Below are positions 1 through 7,246 of a stretch of DNA of 64,000 nt, piece after piece. The DNA lies in contig DASYML010000035.1 of the NCBI GenBank assembly GCA_036009045.1, forward strand, positions 1,066-65,065, read 5' to 3'. Source of the DNA: Pyrinomonadaceae bacterium. Lineage in GTDB: Bacteria; Acidobacteriota; Blastocatellia; Pyrinomonadales; Pyrinomonadaceae. Below the pieces are notes generated by a model that was given only the letters and a program-made list of their open reading frames with translations, searched no databases and was not told where the DNA came from. Position 1 is the stretch's first letter. Each line of letters starts with the position of its first letter. The position numbers and the translations under genes were made by a program.

Positions 1-2
1 GT

Positions 3-59
3 GGCTTTGCACAAATAGTGCTTCTTGCACAAAAAGTCAACGGTCTGCACAAAAAGTCT
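3..59. repeat. Left end of the element: terminal 13-mer plus three direct TGCACAAA(AAGT) motifs
   Basis: Terminal 13-mer at 3-15. TGCACAAA cores at 8-15, 26-33 and 46-53. Positions 44-59 are the reverse complement of 4640-4655. Confidence 0.7.
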
Positions 60-1400
60 ATTTGCGTTTTGGACGCTCTTTTTTCTTAGTCCTGAATTTG
101 AGAAGGTCTTTATGACGGTGTTCGAGGATGTATGAAAGATGCTGATGAGACGTTTGTAGTAACCGTGCTGCATTGGTAATGCTGCCGCCCGTGTTGATGA
201 GAGATTGCTTATCAAGTCATGCTCATAACGTCGTAGCTCTTTGAGAAGTGGCAGCCTTGTCGAGAGCGATTGCACTTCTTCAAAACGCCCGCCTAGCTCT
301 CGCACTATAACCAGCGCGGCCTCTCCCGCCCGATTCATCGCTCCTGTCTGCTCCGATATTTCAATGGCGTGTAACAAGGTGAAGCGGGCTTGCTCGTAAT
401 GCGTCAGGCGTGCGAGAGCCTTACCGCGAGTTATCAAGGCTTCCGCCAATAATGCTTGATGCCCGCCCGCTTCCAGCGCGATGGCAGAGGATTTCGCGGC
501 CTTCTCAGCTTCTATATTGCGCTTCTGCGCGAGAAAGACGCGAGCGCGAGTCTCATCTATTCGCGCCGTATGCATTCGATCTTTAAGGCTCTCAGCCAAG
601 CGGCGCGCACGGTCCAAGCGTCTGTACGCCTCTTTGTATTTACTAGCGCGATAGAGCAGAATTCCTAGATTGTTTTCGACGTGTGAGAGATAACGCTTGT
701 GTCCGGCTTCCTCAAAATGAAAACTGGCGGCCTCATACTCGACAAAGGCACGGTCAAAGTAATCTTCCTTTTGCTCTTTGGCAGCCAGTGTTTCAAAGAT
801 AATGGCAAGCTGGTTATGATAACTGCCCTTCAAAACGTGGCTGTTTATCTTTTGGAATAAGGGTGCGGTATCTGTCAGAATACGCAGGGCTTCGCTATAA
901 CATCCTGCGCCAGATTCGACAATACCAGCGCGCAATATGGCCTTAGCCTTTAACTCGTTGTCTGTTGTGAGTCTTGCCAGTACACTTCGCAGGATGATAC
1001 GGGCATCGTCATATGCTCCCGTTCGCCAGTAGCATAGAGCCAATTCGGTCTGCGCCTCTAATATCTTCCGTTCATAACGAAGAGACTCAAAGATAGAAAT
1101 ACTTTGACTCAAGAGATTCTTCGCTACCTCCTGAGCATTAGTAATCTGTTGAGTGCTGCCAATCCAGCCTGTGAGGACTCCTGCACGCAAAAGAACTTCT
1201 CCTGCTGTCTCTTGCTCTAGTCCTTCAATCTTCGGTTGCTCGCCTATGCGCTGCCATAGCTCGCCCATTACTTCACGCGCAGCTTCATGTTCTCCCGCAT
1301 CTTCATACTCTCTGGCAAGCTGGCATCGTAGCTCCGCTTTTTGATTCGGGCTGAGGCTCTTATTTTCCAGTTGACGCAGAAGTGAGGCCGATAAGTTCAT
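58..1400 (-). pseudogene. TPR-like repeat protein with C-terminal Fis-type HTH, interrupted by a 1-nt frameshift (or sequencing error)
   Basis: Minus-strand ORF from ATG 1400 (AAAGG about 10 nt upstream; alternative ATG 1409) reads helical TPR-like repeats. Near the run gccgccc (184-190) the frame must shift by one nt to continue as GGSITNAARLLQTSHQHLSYILEHRHKDLL..., which aligns with the C-terminus of the 11694-12311 paralog. Stop at 58-60. It is absent from the ORF track because the unshifted frame runs off the window edge. Confidence 0.75.
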
Positions 1401-1424
1401 GTGAGACATACCTTTCAAAGTGAG

Positions 1425-1528
1425 TGCAAAATATATTGCATAGACCGCCCGCCATATTAGGCACTACATCTTTGACTTGCAAGAAGTTTGCAAAGCTGGT
1501 CTAGTTTGCCCTTGCATAGTTCTATGCA
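1425..1528. promoter_or_regulatory. Divergent control region with TGCA-core dyads (putative operators)
   Basis: TGCAA-aatata-TTGCA at 1425-1440. TTGCAA at 1477-1482 and 1488-1493, 11 nt apart. TGCATA-gttc-TATGCA at 1513-1528. The first dyad type recurs at 12432-12447 and 12845-12860. Confidence 0.5.
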
Positions 1529-1553
1529 TACACCTCAAAAGGAGATAAAAGTA

Positions 1554-1757
1554 ATGAAACCTCTAACCCAACTTTGTGCGGCGGCAGTCTTGACGCTGGC
1601 TCTCGCCTTTTCAACATTCGCGGGCCATGCAGAGTGTCCAGGCGTAGTTGACCCACCGCCAGATACAACGTCCACCGCAACGGCTACAGGTGAAATATCG
1701 TGCGGCGGGTTACAGCTTGCCGTGAGTTTGATACAGAGCGTGCTCTCGCTTTCCTGA
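1554..1757 (+). CDS. Small secreted peptide precursor (67 aa, two Cys in the mature part)
   Basis: ATG 1554 lies 9 nt after GGAG (1541-1544). N-terminus MKPLTQLCAAAVLTLALAFSTFAGHA looks like a Sec signal peptide with an AxA-type site. The track ORF start at 1488 is an upstream TTG. Confidence 0.6.
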   Translation: MKPLTQLCAAAVLTLALAFSTFAGHAECPGVVDPPPDTTSTATATGEISCGGLQLAVSLIQSVLSLS

Positions 1758-1965
1758 GTATAAGCACAACCAAGACCTTAAAGGCTGCTTGCACTTCACA
1801 GGCGGCATGGGTGATGTGTGCTTTGAACTTCACAGACCCAAAACTCGTATTTAATAGACGATGCAGACCTAACATTCTCACTCATTTTGAACATCCCAAA
1901 TAGTATGCTAAGTAGCTGTGCTTTCAAGCATTTAGCTGTTGTTTTATCGTGCAAGCGGGTGTATC

Positions 1966-3300
1966 ATGCAGACTGGTTTTAGACATAAAAAACGGGCCTT
2001 GCCATGTGCTGATAACACACAGCAAGACCTCTTCGACCACAGCGTGACTGCACACACTGTAGAAGCAACTGCATTGTGCGACTGTCATGCCCTGAACGCA
2101 AGGAGCATGATGGATTCAAGACAGCTAAAAGGTCTGCAAATCGCAGCCTCATCCAAAATTCAACAAATTGGCGATACATGGTCCGTTCCCTCGCAACGTA
2201 CTGGCAAGCGTTACACCGTCCGCTATACTCCTGAGCATCAGACCTGTACCTGCGCCGATTACGAAACTCATCACCAGAAGTGCAAGCATATTTATGCTGT
2301 TGAGCGCATCCTTTATCCTCAACAAATCATAGAGACTCCCGCGCCTATCAAGAGGCCGACGTATAAGCAGGAGTGGACCGAATATAATCTCGCGCAGACG
2401 AATGAGAAAGCACACTTTCAAGCCCTGCTCTATTCGCTTTGTGATGGTATAGAGGAACGCGAACAGACAATGGGATGCCCGCGCTTGCCTCTTGCAAATA
2501 TGGTCTTTGCTGCCGCCCTGAAAGTCTATTGCGGATTTTCCGGTAGGCGCACCACATCCGATCTGAGAGAGGCACAGCAACGCGGCTATCTGGCCTGCAC
2601 TCCGCATTTCAACTCAATCTCTAACTATCTGGATGCCGAATGGCTGACAGCTTACTTGCAGGCTCTCATCACGGAAAGCAGTATGCCTCTGAGAACCGTT
2701 GAGACAGCTTTCGCCGTTGATAGCTCTGGCTTCTCTACAGGCCGTTATGAGCGATGGCTACATGCCAAGTATGGCAAGGCGCAGGTGATTGATAAGCAAG
2801 GATGGATAAAGCTGCATTTGATGTGCGGAGTCACAACCAACATTGTGACCAGTTGCATAGTGACTGACAAGCACGCGGGAGACAGCCCGAAGTTTAAGCC
2901 TCTCGTCAATGCAACGGCTGAGAACTTTGTGATGAATGAAGTGTCGGCAGACAAGGCATACTCTAGCCGCGATAATCTCAAATTGGTCCAGCGTAAAGCG
3001 GCGATGCCATATATTGATTTCAAAGCGGGTACGAATCCTGAGAGGATGAAAGATGCGACGTGGACACGTCTTTATCACTTCTATGCTTACAATCAAGAAT
3101 GGTTTTATCAGCACTATCACAAGCGGAGTAATGTTGAGAGCACCTTTTCAATGATTAAGGCGAAGTTCGGCGGTAGTCTCCGCAGCAAGACGTATCAGGC
3201 GCAGATGAATGAAGCGTTGTGTAAAGTGCTCTGTCATAATCTTTGTTGTGTAATTCAATCCACATACGAGCTAGGGATTGACCCTACTTTCTGGGAGTGA
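1966..3300 (+). CDS. DDE transposase (IS4/IS5-superfamily-like) with N-terminal SWIM-type zinc finger
   Basis: CTCADYETHHQKCKHIYAV matches the CxC..CxH SWIM pattern. DDE-like blocks: AVDSSGF, VSADKAYSS and RSNVESTFSMIKAKFGG. ATG at 1966 inside the track ORF that starts at TTG 1939. Confidence 0.85.
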   Translation: MQTGFRHKKRALPCADNTQQDLFDHSVTAHTVEATALCDCHALNARSMMDSRQLKGLQIAASSKIQQIGDTWSVPSQRTGKRYTVRYTPEHQTCTCADYETHHQKCKHIYAVERILYPQQIIETPAPIKRPTYKQEWTEYNLAQTNEKAHFQALLYSLCDGIEEREQTMGCPRLPLANMVFAAALKVYCGFSGRRTTSDLREAQQRGYLACTPHFNSISNYLDAEWLTAYLQALITESSMPLRTVETAFAVDSSGFSTGRYERWLHAKYGKAQVIDKQGWIKLHLMCGVTTNIVTSCIVTDKHAGDSPKFKPLVNATAENFVMNEVSADKAYSSRDNLKLVQRKAAMPYIDFKAGTNPERMKDATWTRLYHFYAYNQEWFYQHYHKRSNVESTFSMIKAKFGGSLRSKTYQAQMNEALCKVLCHNLCCVIQSTYELGIDPTFWE

Positions 3301-4579
3301 GAAAGGTTGTGCCCTTGATTTTTGCCTCTTCCCAGTCAACATCTAAATCAATTGAAGATGGAGGCTGCCTCATAGCCTCCATTGTCACCCGTAAGAAGCA
3401 AGTAGAATCTAGTCGCTTCACATATCGAGCCGGGATATCCACTTCGTAAGAATACCAATATTGCTCTGTCATCCTTCCCGCTAGAACTTCATGCCTAACA
3501 AGCTCCTCAATTCCTAAAAGAGGGATTAAAGACGTTTTTGTTTTTGGCATCCCCTTTTCTTCTTCCCTCTTAGTTTTCCTAACGAGCGAGGCTTCCAGCT
3601 TCTTTACGAGAACATTAGCTAAAGCATTATTCTCAAGTTGCATTCTAAGGTGAGCAGTTATATGCCACTCATCACTTTCAGACTGTTCTACGCCCACCAT
3701 GACAGGAACATTCCAATGCCGATTTATACGAACTTCGCTTTGGTGATCCGTATTGATTATAAGTTTTAGTTTTTTAAGTTCTTCTAATTGAGCTTTAAGT
3801 TTTTCCTTTTCCTTTTTGCTTTCCTTAACGGATTCATGTATCTCTTCCATATCATGGCTAACAAGTTCTCCTGTTCTATTAAATGGGGGGTAAGCAGTAA
3901 TTTTATGTTGAGTACCGAAAGCATCAACTATTGTTAATGTAGTTATCCCTTCCTGAATCTTTGTGGTGTCAAGGGCGACTTCAGCTAATACAAATCGTAA
4001 CCAACCTTCTCGGCCATTACCTTCAGTAAGGGCAATATGCCTCTGATGACCCAAGCCTGGTAGCTCATCAAGCACAGGCTCGATTTTAGAAGCGGGGAGG
4101 CCCAATATAACTTGGTGTCTCTGTTCACGTTTCAAGCGTAAGTCGCCATCTATTGGGGTCTCTTCTGCATAATATTCACCTTCATCTGTATTAACCATCA
4201 AAGCATATTTTTTAATTGTGGTTTGCTTTGGCCGTGTATTCACTAGATAGACTTTTATAGTGATATACAAATCAGTAAGCACAGGAACCTTTGAAAGCGC
4301 TGCGGTCGGTTGAAAATAAACCTCTAGAATTTCACCTGTGATTTCGGGGCGTGCGTTCTTAGCCTTCTCATCAACCAACTCACGTTGTTTTATAATCCAT
4401 GCGATTACGGCTGAAATAAAGAAGCAAGTCCATCCCAATAATCGAAATAAAGGCTTGGGGTCGGTATGCTCTGGTTGGTAGTACCCTACCACCTCTCGGA
4501 TGAGGGAAAAGCTGCCGCTCATGAGTGCCACCCAAATTGGCGCAATCTTGAGCCAACCCCAATATCCTTTATTGACCAT
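3284..4579 (-). CDS. Membrane-anchored protein of unknown family (2 N-terminal TM helices, two beta-rich domains separated by a Lys/Glu coiled coil)
   Basis: 431-aa ORF in AT-rich DNA. Hydrophobic segments WLKIAPIWVALMSGSFSLI and LLGWTCFFISAVIAWII. Central KESKKEKEKLKAQLEELKKLK. The 3' end overlaps the transposase 3' end by 17 nt. Confidence 0.6.
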   Translation of the reverse strand: MVNKGYWGWLKIAPIWVALMSGSFSLIREVVGYYQPEHTDPKPLFRLLGWTCFFISAVIAWIIKQRELVDEKAKNARPEITGEILEVYFQPTAALSKVPVLTDLYITIKVYLVNTRPKQTTIKKYALMVNTDEGEYYAEETPIDGDLRLKREQRHQVILGLPASKIEPVLDELPGLGHQRHIALTEGNGREGWLRFVLAEVALDTTKIQEGITTLTIVDAFGTQHKITAYPPFNRTGELVSHDMEEIHESVKESKKEKEKLKAQLEELKKLKLIINTDHQSEVRINRHWNVPVMVGVEQSESDEWHITAHLRMQLENNALANVLVKKLEASLVRKTKREEEKGMPKTKTSLIPLLGIEELVRHEVLAGRMTEQYWYSYEVDIPARYVKRLDSTCFLRVTMEAMRQPPSSIDLDVDWEEAKIKGTTFLTPRK

Positions 4580-4639
4580 GCCGCAAGCCTATCAGAATTT
4601 GGACTTTCAAAAATCACTTTTTTAAGCCTCCACGCAGAG

Positions 4640-4707
4640 AGACTTTTTGTGCAGAATTTCCCCCTGCACAAAAAGTAGAAAAATTTACATGGTTTTTGTG
4701 CAAAGCC
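4640..4707. repeat. Right end of the element: terminal 13-mer plus three TGCACAAA motifs (two inverted, one direct)
   Basis: 4640-4655 agactttttgtgcaga. 4664-4676 ctgcacaaaaagt. 4695-4707 tttgtgcaaagcc. Confidence 0.7.
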
Positions 4708-4714
4708 GTTCGCC

Positions 4715-6256
4715 GTGTGGATGCCGCTGGTCCTGGAATCCCTCTTGCTCTTCGCTCGCGTGCGAAGTTGGCGTCGTGCGGGCTGGCTCGGCTGCGCGTT
4801 TCTCATGAACGCGTTGACGTGTATCACCTGGTTTATTTTGACGCTCATCCCGTTGACACTGACGGGCGTCTTATTGCTGGTCCAGTATCGCTGCGGGCGG
4901 GACAAGGCTTTCTGGCTGCGTGGCGGGTTGGCTCTCGCGCTCGCCTCGCTTTTCATGCTCTCTTTTTTTTGGCCCTATTATAGAGTCTCAAGGACTCAAG
5001 GCTTCGTGAGAAACGCGCAGGAGACGGCGATGTATTCCGCGCGGCTGGGAAACTTTCTGGTCGCGGACGACAACAACAAGTTGTGGGCGGGGTTGGGCGC
5101 AGGGACTCCCAGCAATTCCGAAACGATGCTCTTCCCAGGCTTCCTTCCGGTTTTGTTTGCGCTGGCGGCGCTCCTGCTCGGCGCGCCGGGACGAAGGCTG
5201 GCGCGCGCCTACGCGTGGACGCTTCCTTACGGCTCTTGGAAGAGAGGGCCGCTCATACTGCTGGACGTGCTCGCCGTCCTCTCAATGATAGTGGCGTTGT
5301 TGACGTTGGGTTACGGCGTTTTCGCGCCCGCGCTTTTCGGCGTCCGGCTCTTCAAGGCGAAGACTCCGGCGAATGCCCTCATCATTTGCGCCCTTCTCAT
5401 CTCATTGCGTTGCGGTGCGACTTACCTGATGCACTCTCGCGCTGGAAAAGAGAGACGCCCCGGCAAGTCTGCTCAAATGAAGTTGTCGTCATGGATGCTC
5501 ATCACGGACGCGGTCTGGACCATTATAGGATTCATGGGAGCGTTGGGGATGAATTTCTATTTTCACCGCGCGCTCTTTGAATACGTTCCATTGTTTCGGA
5601 GCATGCGTGTGCCCGCGCGTTGGGCCATGATCTGCTACCTGGGTCTGGCGCTGCTGGCCGGGCTGGGAGCACAGTACATAGCGGAAAATTTAGCGCGTTG
5701 GCTTTCGCGCGCACGCCTTCGTAGAAGTAGCTGGTTAATTTATACAATCATCGCGCTCGCCATTTTGTTTGAACAACGCGTCGCCCCCCTGAATGTCTTG
5801 AAGGGAGAGGCGGACCCGGACCAGTTGACGCTGCGACTCAAGGCGACGCAGATGCGCGGCGGGATTGTGGAACTCCCCGCCGGTGGGCCAAAGGGGAATT
5901 ACCTTTACGTGTTGCGCGCGGCGGACCACGCGCGCCCGCTCATTACCGCGACGAACAGTTTCGTCCCACCTCTCGAAGCGAAGATTGAATCTCTGACTCG
6001 GATGAAACCAATCCCGTCGAGCCTCCTCGATCTTCTCGAATCAATTCCCGCGTCTTATGTGGTGGTCCACTACGACTCTCTTCCTGCCGCCGACCGCGAC
6101 GCAATCGAGGCCATGCTCGCAAACGGCAGAGAGACGGGCAGGCTGCGTTTCATCAAGAGCTACACGGACGCAGGGCGTGCGGACCTCTACGCGTTGACGA
6201 AGATAGAGCCTCAGTCAGAGAGCGAAGAGCCGACGCCACAGTTGCCCTCTTTATGA
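4715..6256 (+). CDS. Polytopic membrane protein with soluble C-terminal domain, apparently 5'-truncated by the insertion
   Basis: High-GC ORF that begins 8 nt after the element end. It starts directly in a series of TM helices, with no convincing start or SD. Family not recognised; possibly glycosyltransferase-like. Confidence 0.55.
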   Translation: MWMPLVLESLLLFARVRSWRRAGWLGCAFLMNALTCITWFILTLIPLTLTGVLLLVQYRCGRDKAFWLRGGLALALASLFMLSFFWPYYRVSRTQGFVRNAQETAMYSARLGNFLVADDNNKLWAGLGAGTPSNSETMLFPGFLPVLFALAALLLGAPGRRLARAYAWTLPYGSWKRGPLILLDVLAVLSMIVALLTLGYGVFAPALFGVRLFKAKTPANALIICALLISLRCGATYLMHSRAGKERRPGKSAQMKLSSWMLITDAVWTIIGFMGALGMNFYFHRALFEYVPLFRSMRVPARWAMICYLGLALLAGLGAQYIAENLARWLSRARLRRSSWLIYTIIALAILFEQRVAPLNVLKGEADPDQLTLRLKATQMRGGIVELPAGGPKGNYLYVLRAADHARPLITATNSFVPPLEAKIESLTRMKPIPSSLLDLLESIPASYVVVHYDSLPAADRDAIEAMLANGRETGRLRFIKSYTDAGRADLYALTKIEPQSESEEPTPQLPSL

Positions 6257-6293
6257 ACACGGCGGATGAATAATTCATGAACATGAAATAAAA

Positions 6294-6336
6294 GGTCCAG
6301 GCATCGCTTGCGGCAAGCGATGCCTGGACCTTTTAT
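6294..6336. terminator. Bidirectional intrinsic terminator between convergent genes
   Basis: ggtccaggcatcgcttgc ggc aagcgatgcctggacc: near-perfect stem of 17-18 bp, flanked by aaaa on the left and ttttat on the right. Confidence 0.8.
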
Positions 6337-6363
6337 GTAGATGGGATTTCTTTCCCAAACGAA

Positions 6364-7032
6364 TTACGGCTTGACGGCGTTCTTGATGCCCTTGCCGACA
6401 TCCTTCGCGCCTTCGCCGACTTTCTTGGCTCCTTCGACGGTCGCGTGGCCGACTGTCTTCGCGCCTTCGGCGGTCTTTTCACCGACGGTCTGCGCGCCCT
6501 CTTTGGTCTTTTCCGCGCCGGTCTTGACGCCCTCGCCTGTCTTGTCAATGACCTTGCCCGCGCCCTCTTTGGTCGCGGAGGCGGCGCTCTTCGTCTTGTC
6601 CGCGACAAAGCCTGCGGCATCCGCAATCTTGTCGCCCGTCATGCTCAAGACATCGTCCACTTTATCGGTGTGCAATTCCTTCTGCTCGCCGGATGGAGAA
6701 TAGACGACGGCTGTCCGCTTGTTGTTGCGCGTGGTGATGACGACCTTGGAGACGCGCGAGTTGTTGTGGTAGGTGCGAGTCTCGGTCTTGACGCCGTTGA
6801 TCTCCGTCGTCGCGGTCTCGTACTCCTGACCCGTGCTGCTGGTCCCTTCCGTATTAGAGTTCGTGACGACGCCGTTGTTGGTTGTCGTGCTGGTCGTCGT
6901 GGTCACGACGTTGGTGTTGGCGTTCGCGTTGGCGTTGGCGTTCGCCGTGTTGGTGTTGTCGCTGCCGGAGCAGCCCGCCGCGAAGCTTGCCAGTGCAAGC
7001 AGGCACAGGCTGGCGATAAATTTAATACGCAT
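6364..7032 (-). CDS. Lipoprotein with Asn/Thr low-complexity linker and tandem 11-residue KTxEGAKxVG-type repeats
   Basis: Signal peptide plus lipobox FAAGC. NANANANAN and TTTTSTTT tracts. C-terminal half built of EGA(K/Q)TVGEKTA-like 11-mers. Confidence 0.75.
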   Translation of the reverse strand: MRIKFIASLCLLALASFAAGCSGSDNTNTANANANANANTNVVTTTTSTTTNNGVVTNSNTEGTSSTGQEYETATTEINGVKTETRTYHNNSRVSKVVITTRNNKRTAVVYSPSGEQKELHTDKVDDVLSMTGDKIADAAGFVADKTKSAASATKEGAGKVIDKTGEGVKTGAEKTKEGAQTVGEKTAEGAKTVGHATVEGAKKVGEGAKDVGKGIKNAVKP

Positions 7033-7246
7033 GTTGTGATTCCCTCCTAAAGAATTTATTCAAAGTCTGACGCGCAACCAACGTGCCATAAGAGCCGCGC
7101 GCCCGACCCGTCATTGATGGTCCAAAACAGCCTTGAAAGCGCCCAAAAGCATACGCCGCGCGCACCTTTTGTTTCCTTACGATACGTCCTGAGAAGCGCA
7201 TCATGAGAGACACTTTAAGCCAGCATCTCTCTCATCAAAATCGTCT

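Larger units (their letters stand above)
3..4707. mobile_element. Transposon-like insertion (about 4.7 kb) with terminal inverted repeats and passenger genes
   Basis: GGCTTTGCACAAA at 3-15 is the exact reverse complement of 4695-4707. A second 16-nt inverted match links 44-59 to 4640-4655. Six TGCACAAA cores cluster in the two ends. The interior is visibly AT-richer than the flank and contains a DDE transposase. The host ORF starts abruptly at 4715. Confidence 0.6.

Noticed and set aside
1-190. Apparent continuation of the TPR ORF to the window edge
   Set aside because: The unshifted frame merely lacks stops for 63 codons. The homologous HTH is in the adjacent frame and ends at 58-60.
1871-3308. 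Possible inner IS ends (AACATTCTCACTC at 1871-1883 versus GAGTGAGAAAGGTT at 3295-3308)
   Set aside because: Only a 9-nt exact inverted core with an indel, and no matching target duplication. The outer 13-bp/16-bp inverted repeats are much stronger, so the inner pair is not annotated. It remains possible that a 1.4-kb IS sits inside a larger island.
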